Source of the DNA: an uncultured Methanosarcinales archaeon
Lineage (GTDB): Archaea; Nanobdellota; Nanobdellia; Woesearchaeales; UBA12501
DNA: 34,009 nt
Direction of reading: 5' to 3'
Assembly (NCBI GenBank): GCA_964397315.1
Contig: CAYNHV010000015.1
Span: forward strand, 1-34,009
How positions within the stretch are numbered: the first letter of the stretch is position 1; each line of letters starts with the position of its first letter. Both the position numbers and the translations under genes were made by a program. Shown in pieces: positions 1 to 8,502 of this stretch. The notes under the pieces were generated by a model. That model was not told the DNA's origin, made no database searches, and saw only the letters and a list, made by a program, of their open reading frames with translations.

Positions 1-17
1 CTGAGGGTTTTCAAGAC

Positions 18-111
18 TAAAAATTTGACCATCTAAAATGCAAATCCGTTAATACCACACCCTTGGGGGTGTGGTTAGGATTTGCTTTATAAGATAATGG
101 TCAAATTTTTA
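18..111. repeat. Nested imperfect palindrome (MITE/REP-like element or terminator hairpin)
   Basis: Perfect 15-bp inverted repeat TAAAAATTTGACCAT (18-32)/ATGGTCAAATTTTTA (97-111); inner GCAAATCC (40-47)/GGATTTGC (78-85); core ACCACACCC (54-62)-TTGG-GGGTGTGGT (67-75). Confidence 0.85.
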
Positions 112-124
112 TTATTACTGCATT

Positions 125-1123
125 CTAATCCCTGGATTTTGAGCTGATGATCTTCCTGCTTCTGTTTATTATGACAAAAAAGCATATTATTCCTATTATG
201 TTGACAAGGATTATGCTGAATAGTGTGTTTGCCAGTGTTGCTGCTCCGTAAAGCACAAGGCTGGTTCCTGTTGTCTGGAAAAGAAATACCATGACTGCAT
301 CATTTATCCCCAGTCCTGAGGGTATGAATGACAGTCCTCCCACGAAAAGGGAGAATGAGAGGATGAACATGAAGTAGAAGAATCCCAGCTCAAGCCCGAC
401 TGCCTCTGAGATTATCTTGAGTCTTAATGCTCCCACGCACCAGAAGACAAATGTTATGGCAGCCATCATCAGAAGGAACATGGGTTTTCTCATCATGTCC
501 ATTATCAGCTCAGCCTCTTCAAGGGAAAGCTTTCTTTTCCTGCATATCCTTGACACAAGCGTTATCCTGAATATGTATGGCAGGACTTTCTTTCCTATGA
601 TGAGTGAGGCGTAGAACAGAGCTCCGAAGAGCATCATCACGAGTATGGTGCTCTCAAGCCCAGCACCGTAGACAAATCTCATCACAAAGAAGAGCGCTAT
701 GAGGCCTATAACCACGATGTCAGCTATCTTCTCCAGTATCACAGAGGAGAGGCCATACCTGAGCTTTATGCCGTGCTTTTTCTTCAGGAAGTAGGATTTT
801 CCCAGCTCACCCGCCTTGCCGGGTGTTATGTTAGCGAGAAAGCTGCCTGTGAACATGTACATGAGCATGTCATGGAACGGCACCTTCCATATATTTATGC
901 TGAAGTTCCGTAGTATGAGCTGCCACCTGAATGTCTTTATCAGGATGTTCACTATTGTTATGAGACATGATATTATTATGACACTTAAGGGCAGAACAGC
1001 CAGCTTTCCGAGGGTGTCCCTGACCCCTATGTAATAATAAACCCCTGTGAATATCATGAGGCCGAGAAGGGAAAGTGCCGCGTTTCTCCAGTTGATCTTC
1101 AGGTTTTTCAGATTGCCTTTCAT
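125..1123 (-). CDS. Lysylphosphatidylglycerol synthase TM / flippase-like domain protein (UPF0104, AglD2-like)
   Basis: Polytopic membrane ORF with RWQLIL, NITPGKAGELGK, EKIAD and PSGLG motifs typical of the LPG_synthase_TM family; lies in a glycosyltransferase cluster. Confidence 0.85.
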   Translation of the reverse strand: MKGNLKNLKINWRNAALSLLGLMIFTGVYYYIGVRDTLGKLAVLPLSVIIISCLITIVNILIKTFRWQLILRNFSINIWKVPFHDMLMYMFTGSFLANITPGKAGELGKSYFLKKKHGIKLRYGLSSVILEKIADIVVIGLIALFFVMRFVYGAGLESTILVMMLFGALFYASLIIGKKVLPYIFRITLVSRICRKRKLSLEEAELIMDMMRKPMFLLMMAAITFVFWCVGALRLKIISEAVGLELGFFYFMFILSFSLFVGGLSFIPSGLGINDAVMVFLFQTTGTSLVLYGAATLANTLFSIILVNIIGIICFFVIINRSRKIISSKSRD

Positions 1124-1154
1124 CTTTTGTCCCCTTCTGCCTGCAGAATTCCCT

Positions 1155-2702
1155 CTACTGCTCCGCTGATGTCAGATTCTCAGGAGGGCTTGGCTCAAGC
1201 CTGAAAAGCTTTCCCTTGTACAGCGTAAGCTCCAGGGTTGCATCCTGGTACACCTCATTGGTGTGCTCTCCCACGAGTGTTATGTTGAACATTCTTTTTA
1301 TTGCCTGCTGGACAAGGCCTCCCGGGTCAATGGCAAAACCCTCTGCTGTTGAGTAGATTGGCCTCCCTTCTGCAGCATACCTGTAAAGCTCTATTATAAA
1401 ATCCCTGACTTCCTCTGGATTGCCGCTCCTTGGGTGCGTGACTGTTTCCCTGTTGCCGTAATACTCTATGAAAAATCCTATGTCATTGGCCATGACAACA
1501 GCATTAGTGGGGGTGTTTGCCCTGACAAAAAGCGCGAAGTCCTTTGTTTCTGAATGCTCATTCCTGTAGCTGAGGACTGGGTGTACAGTGTATATCATGC
1601 TCGCCACCAGGAACAGCACAACCACATATCCTGCTATCCTGTTGTTTGAATAGACAACATAACATCCAGCGCCCATAAGCACCATCAGGGGTATAAGGGC
1701 TGGTATGAGGAATCTTGCGTGGATTACTGCAAGGTTGCCGAAGAAGATGAAGAACATGAGGAACCACAGTACCAGCGCTCCAAGCTCAAGGTTCTGCTTC
1801 TTCCTGTAGAAGTAGAACACTCCAAGGATCACTGCAACAAGGCCTATGATTGTGAGAGATGCTGTCAAATCCATGAATGATGGGATTGTGTTCTCTGAAA
1901 GGATGCCCAGCCACCCGCCTCTTGTCTCAACAGCAGGATTAAGTTTTCTGAAATAGCCAAAGAACCCCCTTTCAATAATCCTTGGGAGGAAGAGCAGCAG
2001 CCATATGCCTGCCATGGGGATTATGAACGAGAGAGCATTATGGAGGGTGAGCTTGTCCCTGTTCAGCACAAGCTTTTTCTTCCTTATCCTGGGCGCGATG
2101 TACAGCAGGCAGAATGGTATCAGGTACAGCACTCCTGTGGGCCTCACAGCGATATTCAGGCCGAAGAACAGGCCTGAGAGCGCGAGCATCTTCTGTGAAT
2201 TCCTGTCTGCTGATAAAAGCAGGAGGTAGCCTCCAAGGAGCGCGTAAAACACTGATATCGCGTGGGTTTTTGGGTATGTTGTTGCTGAAAGGAATATGGG
2301 AGTTATTGAGAGGAAAATGGCTGCTGAGAAGCTTATGAACCTGTTCTTTGTCAGCTTTTCTGTTATGAGATAGAGCAGCACGACACTGAGGGCTGCTGTC
2401 AGTAATGTGACAAAGAAATAGGCTGGCTCTGCTGTGGTTATTCCTGTGAACAGGTTATGGAGGAAGTAGAATATGAACACTGTTATTATCATGCCCGGAG
2501 CTCCGTAAGCATAGGAGTACTGCATTCCCCCCTCTGAGAGCATCCTCTCAACCATGATAACATCCTTAAGGGAGTCCCAGTGCCACAAGCCCGCATTCTT
2601 GTAGATGAGCCTTATTATTATGGAGAACGCGAACAGGGCAAATATAAGGAATCTCCGGTCATAGAGAAAAGAGGGAATCCCTTTTTTCTGCTGCTTTCCC
2701 AT
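1155..2702 (-). CDS. GT-C fold membrane glycosyltransferase (family 39 / PMT_2 / ArnT-like)
   Basis: About 12 TM helices, acidic residue (WDS) in the first external loop, RFLIPALIPL motif, C-terminal soluble domain. Confidence 0.75.
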   Translation of the reverse strand: MGKQQKKGIPSFLYDRRFLIFALFAFSIIIRLIYKNAGLWHWDSLKDVIMVERMLSEGGMQYSYAYGAPGMIITVFIFYFLHNLFTGITTAEPAYFFVTLLTAALSVVLLYLITEKLTKNRFISFSAAIFLSITPIFLSATTYPKTHAISVFYALLGGYLLLLSADRNSQKMLALSGLFFGLNIAVRPTGVLYLIPFCLLYIAPRIRKKKLVLNRDKLTLHNALSFIIPMAGIWLLLFLPRIIERGFFGYFRKLNPAVETRGGWLGILSENTIPSFMDLTASLTIIGLVAVILGVFYFYRKKQNLELGALVLWFLMFFIFFGNLAVIHARFLIPALIPLMVLMGAGCYVVYSNNRIAGYVVVLFLVASMIYTVHPVLSYRNEHSETKDFALFVRANTPTNAVVMANDIGFFIEYYGNRETVTHPRSGNPEEVRDFIIELYRYAAEGRPIYSTAEGFAIDPGGLVQQAIKRMFNITLVGEHTNEVYQDATLELTLYKGKLFRLEPSPPENLTSAEQ

Positions 2703-2773
2703 ATTTGCGCCTATTAGGGGCGGATTTATAAATATTTCTGCTTTGAGATGCAGGTGTTGCCTTAGAATTACTT

Positions 2774-3298
2774 CTATTTCTCCTCAATTAGCATATCACT
2801 GTAGGAATGGGAAACAAGCTCTTTCTTTTTTATGCCAAACAGATTTAGGTACTCCTCTGCCTGCTGCTTTAGCCTCGCTTCTCCTATATTCCCCTTGTAG
2901 TCTATTGCTTCAATCTCAACAAATGAGCCAAGCCCTTTGACATTGTCAATGTGGAACTTGACATTGCCTATAAAGAATATATCCCTCTTCTTGTCAACCA
3001 CCGCAAGTTTGTCCAGCACTCTTCTGAGGATGTCTATGAAGGGAGAACCTTTTGTATCATTCACCATTATAATATCGCTTTTCTTCGGGCCTTTCTTGTT
3101 GCTGCGCTCATAATAGATTATGCTGTTTTCTATATTGCCCTCCCTCACCTTGAGCCTTCCTGACTCAGTCTTGAAGTAGGTGTCTATCTGATGATCCCTG
3201 CCTTTGTATTCCGCTCCTTTGTCAAGCAGAACCCTCCTGATATTCTCAGGATTGGAACAAGCAGCTTTTATTTCCACATTTACATGCCCCTTTCCCAT
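2774..3298 (-). CDS. CYTH-domain protein (class IV adenylate cyclase / triphosphate tunnel metalloenzyme, CyaB-like)
   Basis: N-terminal NVEIKA (ExExK-like), QIDTYF, RLKVRE, HIDNVKGLGSFVEIE, terminal SYSDML; ATG at 3298 overlaps the upstream TAA (TAATG coupling). Confidence 0.88.
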   Translation of the reverse strand: MGKGHVNVEIKAACSNPENIRRVLLDKGAEYKGRDHQIDTYFKTESGRLKVREGNIENSIIYYERSNKKGPKKSDIIMVNDTKGSPFIDILRRVLDKLAVVDKKRDIFFIGNVKFHIDNVKGLGSFVEIEAIDYKGNIGEARLKQQAEEYLNLFGIKKKELVSHSYSDMLIEEK

Positions 3299-4029
3299 TA
3301 TCCAACCCTTCCAAGCCACAGCTCTATCCTCAGCCTCATCACGTCTCTTATGTACTCATACACTGTCTTTCCTATGTCAACCTTTGAGTCTCCATGCTCA
3401 ACCCACTTGACAGGCAGCTCGTAGATGCCGTAGCCTTTCTTTTCCGCTAGCGTGAGCAGCTCTGTGTCAAAGAACCAGTTGTTGTCCTTCACCAGCGGAA
3501 CTAGGTCATTAACCGCCTTTCTTGTTGCTGCCTTGAACCCGCACTGCGCATCAGAATACTTCACCCATAATATTGTCTTTACAACAAGATTGTATCCTCT
3601 TGAGAGCACCTCCCTGAAAAGCGATCTTTTGGTCCTTGACTTCTTTGTCAGCCTTGTGGCTGTTGCAACATGGCATCCTTTTGCTCTCATGCCATCCAGC
3701 AGCTTTGGCAGGGCATTAAGCTCTGTGGACAGGTCCACATCCATGTATGCGACAAAATCAGCCCTGCTTTGCGTCCATGCCTTCCTTAAAGCCCTGCCCC
3801 TTCCCTTTTTTTTGAGCCTGATGTAGCTCACTCTGCTGTATTTTCCCGCTATCCTGCCTGCTATCTCCTGCGTCCTGTCAGTTGAGGCATTGTCCGCAAT
3901 CACGATGCTCCATTCATACCTCATGAGGTTTTTCCTGAGAAACATGTTAAGCCTGCTTATTGACTCCTCAAGTACCTTCTCCTCATTGTAGACTGGTATT
4001 ACAACATCAAGCGACAGCTTTTCCGGCAT
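3298..4029 (-). CDS. Glycosyltransferase family 2, dolichyl-phosphate beta-glucosyltransferase-like
   Basis: VVIPVYNEE, DNASTD, KGRGRA, YMDVDLS, SDAQCGFKA, WFFDTELL motifs. Confidence 0.9.
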   Translation of the reverse strand: MPEKLSLDVVIPVYNEEKVLEESISRLNMFLRKNLMRYEWSIVIADNASTDRTQEIAGRIAGKYSRVSYIRLKKKGRGRALRKAWTQSRADFVAYMDVDLSTELNALPKLLDGMRAKGCHVATATRLTKKSRTKRSLFREVLSRGYNLVVKTILWVKYSDAQCGFKAATRKAVNDLVPLVKDNNWFFDTELLTLAEKKGYGIYELPVKWVEHGDSKVDIGKTVYEYIRDVMRLRIELWLGRVG

Positions 4030-4062
4030 CTTCGCATCTCCAATTATTCTTTATTATTCAGC

Positions 4063-4401
4063 TTATTTCTTCCTGTCTCTCTTTTTCACTGCTGTTTCCC
4101 TGACAACTTTTGTGAGGTTGTGGTTCAGGGCATCAACCTTGACATAAAGCCTGAAGACAAGATAGAACAGCAGGACAATGCTCAGGTAGACTGCAACGTC
4201 AATGCCTCTTCCTATGTTGAGGAACTCTGCTATGGGATTCGTTATCTGGGGTATGAAAAGCACTATTGCGACAGCTACCCATACTATTGACCAGAATATC
4301 ATCTCGTACGTGTTTATCTTGCCCTGCCTGAATTTTATGATCACCCTGCTCAGGACAAACAGGACAAAAATCAGGACAATTGCCTGCAGTATTGATATCA
4401 T
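4063..4401 (-). CDS. DUF2304 family small membrane protein
   Basis: Three TM helices, IGRGIDVAVY motif, C-terminal LTKVVRETA; characteristically downstream of a DPM-like GT2; GGTGA SD upstream. Confidence 0.8.
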   Translation of the reverse strand: MISILQAIVLIFVLFVLSRVIIKFRQGKINTYEMIFWSIVWVAVAIVLFIPQITNPIAEFLNIGRGIDVAVYLSIVLLFYLVFRLYVKVDALNHNLTKVVRETAVKKRDRKK

Positions 4402-4405
4402 TCTT

Positions 4406-5071
4406 TCACCTCATGAACTTGCTCCACAGGAGCCTTGCAGCTATTCTGATGCTGTTGAGGGGGCTCTGGCCTCCCTTATGGTATCTTATTGTGACAGGAA
4501 CCTCCACATGCCTTATGCCCCTCTTTTTTATCTGGTCTATTATCTCTGAGGCATGCTCCATCCTGTCCTGCTGTATGTCAATCTTCTCTGCCGCCTCTCT
4601 TGAGAATGCCCTGAATCCATTGTGGGTGTCAGTGAGCCATATGCTTGAGAAGACGAAGGTGAAGACAACGCCTGCCTTCAGCACTATCTTCTTAAGGAGG
4701 GGAACGTTTGATTTCCTGTTAAGGAATCTTGATCCCAGGACAGCGTCAGCCTTCCCCTTCTTTATTGGTTTTATGACATCCTTCACCTCTTCTGGCTTGT
4801 GCTGGTTGTCTGCGTCAAAGTTCACTATTATCTCTGCTCCTTTTCTCAGAGCATAGTCCATTCCTGTCTGGAGGGCTGCTCCCTGCCCCCTGTTTATCAT
4901 GTGCCTCAGGACTGTGGCTCCTGCTTTTTCAGCCCTTTCAGCAGTCTTGTCCCTGCTGCAGTCATCCACGACAATTATGTTCCTGTACCCTTCTCTACTG
5001 AGACCCTTTACAACCTGAGAAATACTGTCCTCCTCATTATAGGCAGCTATGACAATGAATGTTCGCGGCAT
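4406..5071 (-). CDS. Glycosyltransferase family 2, polyprenol-phosphate mannose synthase (DPM1)-like
   Basis: IAAYNEE, VDDCSRD, NRGQGAALQTG, FDADNQH, TDTHNGFRA motifs. Confidence 0.9.
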   Translation of the reverse strand: MPRTFIVIAAYNEEDSISQVVKGLSREGYRNIIVVDDCSRDKTAERAEKAGATVLRHMINRGQGAALQTGMDYALRKGAEIIVNFDADNQHKPEEVKDVIKPIKKGKADAVLGSRFLNRKSNVPLLKKIVLKAGVVFTFVFSSIWLTDTHNGFRAFSREAAEKIDIQQDRMEHASEIIDQIKKRGIRHVEVPVTIRYHKGGQSPLNSIRIAARLLWSKFMR

Positions 5072-5226
5072 TTAGCACCCTCTTCTACAGAATCTGTGAT
5101 ATTTAAATAATTTATGCTTATTGATTATGCTTCTTGGCCTGCAGGAAAGCTGTTATTGTTGTCTCTAAGCAGATTCCTGATGCTGCTGACGCTGGAGAGG
5201 TTTTGGAAAGCATATATGCCGATTTA

Positions 5227-5283
5227 ACTTACATTGTAAGTAAAAACGAAAAATTTTTATATTATCAATCTTACAATGTAAGT
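5227..5283 (+). promoter_or_regulatory. TATA promoter flanked by two palindromic operator sites
   Basis: ACTTACA-T-TGTAAGT (5227-5241) and CTTACA-A-TGTAAG (5270-5282) bracket an A-rich BRE-like tract plus TTTATAT (5256-5262); ATG at 5284. Confidence 0.7.
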
Positions 5284-5565
5284 ATGCTACCCCCTGAATC
5301 CCCAACATCCCCTAGATCAGGCTCTCACAATCCAGCAGCGCACGCGCCAAAAGACGAGTCAGGCCTTATAAGCATCCCAATACCCTCTAAAATATTCAGG
5401 GACAGGAAGCTCAGCGTGCTTGAGGCGATTGTTGAGTACATGAAAGACGAGCTTGACCTGACATTTCATGACATAGCCAGGCTTCTGAACCGCGATGACA
5501 GGACTGTCTGGACTGTTTACTCAAGAACAAAGAAAAAGAGGAAGGAGTATGAAAAAGGAGATTGA
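5284..5565 (+). CDS. Small helix-turn-helix (sigma-70 region 4-like) DNA-binding protein
   Basis: LTFHDIARLLNRDDRTVWTVYSR HTH pattern; start moved to ATG 5284 because a TATA box lies about 21 nt upstream. Confidence 0.75.
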   Translation: MLPPESPTSPRSGSHNPAAHAPKDESGLISIPIPSKIFRDRKLSVLEAIVEYMKDELDLTFHDIARLLNRDDRTVWTVYSRTKKKRKEYEKGD

Positions 5566-6052
5566 GAGAAGAAGAAAGGAGCTTGAAAGCATAAGAAGGG
5601 CAATAGAGCGCCATGAAAACAGCCAGGAAAGCCTCATCTCAGAGGCTGCAAAACTGGAGAGCATGGCAGAGTCAGGCCGGATAAGCTTCTATGAGTATGA
5701 CGCTCTTGGGAGAAGAAGGTCTGAAGCGGGCAGGAAAGCAAAATCCTGCAGGATGCTGCTGAACCAGCTTAAGCTTGCAGAGCATGACGCAATTACAGCG
5801 CTTGAGTGGGCGAGGAGAGCATATTACAGCAGCATCCAGGGTGAGAGCAGGGCGCCCTATGCGGTCTTCACCATATTCCTGCTTGCGGCTTCTGCAGCAA
5901 TGTTCGCCCTGCTCAGGGGAGGAATAACAGGCCATGCAGCAGGCAGTGATGTCACAGCTCCTGATTACCTCATCTTCACAATATCAGCCGGCCTTGTCGC
6001 TGCAGTGTTCTTCATGCTCGTGAAATTCGCATTCAGGAGTGAAAATATTTAA
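5549..6052 (+). CDS. Hypothetical membrane protein (N-terminal coiled coil, two C-terminal TM helices with ITGHA motif)
   Basis: ATG 5549 preceded by GGAG and overlapping the HTH gene end; charged helical N-terminus; two hydrophobic segments. Confidence 0.65.
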   Translation: MKKEIERRRKELESIRRAIERHENSQESLISEAAKLESMAESGRISFYEYDALGRRRSEAGRKAKSCRMLLNQLKLAEHDAITALEWARRAYYSSIQGESRAPYAVFTIFLLAASAAMFALLRGGITGHAAGSDVTAPDYLIFTISAGLVAAVFFMLVKFAFRSENI

Positions 6053-6078
6053 AAACAAGCCTTTACAGCCACAGGAAA

Positions 6079-8502
6079 ATGGAGCTGCCAAAAAGATACA
6101 ATCCTCTTGAAGAAGAGCCAAAGATACAGGAGTTCTGGGAAAAGGAGAAGATATACCGGTTTGACCCCAAATCAAAGAACAAGATATACTCAATAGACAC
6201 TCCGCCTCCAACAGTCTCGGGAAAGATGCACATAGGCCATGCCTTCATGTACTCCCAGATGGACTTCGTGGCGAGATACAAGAGGATGAGGGGCTTTAAT
6301 GTTTTCTATCCTTTCGGGACGGATGATAACGGCCTTGCAACCATAAGGCTGGTGGAGCAGGAGAAGAATGTCAAGGGCACGATGATGAGCAGGGAGGAAT
6401 TCATAAAACTCACCATGGAAGTCCTTGACAAGGTAAGGCCAAAGTACATCTCTGACTGGAAGCGCATCGGCACCAGCGCCGATTTCGATATGTACTATAG
6501 CACCATAAACGAGCACTGCAGGAGAATAAGCCAGAAGTCATTCATAGACCTTTACAGGCAGGGAAGGGAGTACAGGAAAGAAGCCCCCACATTGTGGTGC
6601 CCTGAGTGCCAGACAGCAATAGCCCAGGTGGAGATGGAGGACAAGGAGCTTGACAGCTACTTCAATGACATAATCTTTAGGCTTGAGGATGGAAAAGACC
6701 TAATGATAGCCACAACAAGGCCGGAGCTCCTGCCTGCATGCGTTGCAGTGATGGCCCACCCGGATGACAAGAGGTACAGGCATCTTATAGGAAAAAAAGC
6801 CCAGGTTCCCCTCTTCAGCCACTGGGTGCCTATAATGGCTGACGAGAAAGCCGATCCTGAGAAGGGAACAGGCATAGTCATGGTGTGCACCTTCGGAGAC
6901 CAGTCAGACATGGAATGGTACCACAAGCATGACCTCCCCCTGAGGGTGGCAATAACAAAGGACGGCAGGATGAACGAGAATGCTCCTGGCTATGAGGAGA
7001 TGACAATAGAGGATGCCAGAAAAAGGATAATAGAGGATCTTAAGGACAACAGGCTTCTCCTCTCCCAGAAGCCTGTCAGGCACGCTGTCAACGTGCACGA
7101 AAGGTGCGGAACTCCAATAGAGATACTTGAGACAAACCAGTGGTTCATAAGATACCTTGACCTGAGGGAGAAGTTCCTGAAGGCAGGGGAAAAGCTCAAC
7201 TGGTATCCTGAGTTCATGAAGAACAGGTTTGACAACTGGATAAAGGGCCTGCAGTGGGACTGGTGCATATCAAGGCAGAGGCATTTTGGCATACCAATTC
7301 CTGTGTGGTACTGCAGTGATTGCAGCGAGGTTATGCTGCCGGATGAAAAGGACCTTCCTGTTGATCCTGTTGAGGACAGGCCAAAAAAGAAATGCAGGTG
7401 CGGCTCAGAAGAGTTTGAGCCTGAAGAGGATGTTCTTGACACATGGGCTACCTCAGCCCTGACTCCGCAGATAGCGGCAGAGCTTGTTCCTGAGCTTTAC
7501 AGCAAGCTTTACCCCATGGATCTCAGGCCGCAGGCGCATGACATAATAACATTCTGGCTTTTTAATACATTAGTGAAAAGCCAGATGCACAATAACAAAA
7601 ATCCCTGGAAGAACGTGATGATATCCGGCTGGGCTCTTGACCCTCACGGCAGGAAGATGTCAAAGTCAAAAGGCAATGTAGTGGAGCCTCAGGAGGTCAT
7701 AGCAAAGTACGGGGCTGACTGCCTCAGGTTCTGGGCCGCAGGCTCCGGCCTTGGAGATGATCTTCCCTTTCAGGAGAAGGACCTTATTACAGGAAAGAGG
7801 ATGATCACAAAGCTCTGGAACGCCTCAAAATTCGCCATAATGAACCTTGAGGGATACACTCTGAAAAAGCCCGGAAAGCTCAGGCAGATTGACAGGTGGA
7901 TACTCTCAAAACTGAACAGGGTAATAAAGGTTTCCACTGATAACTTTGACAAGTATGAATACTCAAAGACAAAACTGGAGACAGAAAAATTCTTCTGGCA
8001 CACGCTATGCGATGATTATCTTGAGATAATAAAGGACAGGCTTTACAATCCTGAAAAATACTCTAAGGAGGACATAGAGTCAGTAAAATACACGCTCTAC
8101 ACTGCTGTTCTTGATGTGTTAAAACTCATGGCCCCTATAATGCCTTACATAACAGAGGCAATCTATCAGATGTACTTCAAAGAGAGGGAAGGGGAAAAGA
8201 GCATACACCTGGCTGCATGGCCTGTTCCAGAGAGCGAGCATGAAGATGAGGGGGCGGAAAAGGCAGGAGACCTTCTTGTTGACATAGTCTCAGCAGTGAG
8301 GAGATTCAAGTCAGACAATGAAGTTGCCCTGAAGACAGATGTGAAGAAGCTGACAATCAAATGCAAGGATGATGAGAAGAAGCTTATTGAGACTGTGATA
8401 GATGACCTGAAGGCTGTGACAAAGGCTGAAAAGGTTGAGTTTGGAGACAGGAAAGACCTTGTTTCTGAGAAGTTTGAGATTGGGCTGGGTGTTGAGTTAT
8501 AA
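6079..8502 (+). CDS. valS: Valine--tRNA ligase (archaeal type)
   Basis: IDTPPPTVSG, HIGH, ATTRPE, GTGIVMVCTFGD, WDWCISRQR, KMSKS motifs. Confidence 0.97.
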   Translation: MELPKRYNPLEEEPKIQEFWEKEKIYRFDPKSKNKIYSIDTPPPTVSGKMHIGHAFMYSQMDFVARYKRMRGFNVFYPFGTDDNGLATIRLVEQEKNVKGTMMSREEFIKLTMEVLDKVRPKYISDWKRIGTSADFDMYYSTINEHCRRISQKSFIDLYRQGREYRKEAPTLWCPECQTAIAQVEMEDKELDSYFNDIIFRLEDGKDLMIATTRPELLPACVAVMAHPDDKRYRHLIGKKAQVPLFSHWVPIMADEKADPEKGTGIVMVCTFGDQSDMEWYHKHDLPLRVAITKDGRMNENAPGYEEMTIEDARKRIIEDLKDNRLLLSQKPVRHAVNVHERCGTPIEILETNQWFIRYLDLREKFLKAGEKLNWYPEFMKNRFDNWIKGLQWDWCISRQRHFGIPIPVWYCSDCSEVMLPDEKDLPVDPVEDRPKKKCRCGSEEFEPEEDVLDTWATSALTPQIAAELVPELYSKLYPMDLRPQAHDIITFWLFNTLVKSQMHNNKNPWKNVMISGWALDPHGRKMSKSKGNVVEPQEVIAKYGADCLRFWAAGSGLGDDLPFQEKDLITGKRMITKLWNASKFAIMNLEGYTLKKPGKLRQIDRWILSKLNRVIKVSTDNFDKYEYSKTKLETEKFFWHTLCDDYLEIIKDRLYNPEKYSKEDIESVKYTLYTAVLDVLKLMAPIMPYITEAIYQMYFKEREGEKSIHLAAWPVPESEHEDEGAEKAGDLLVDIVSAVRRFKSDNEVALKTDVKKLTIKCKDDEKKLIETVIDDLKAVTKAEKVEFGDRKDLVSEKFEIGLGVEL

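Noticed and set aside
5134..5283. N-terminal 50 codons of the HTH ORF as given in the ORF track
   Set aside because: The region contains the TATA box and operator palindromes; ATG 5284 is the more plausible start
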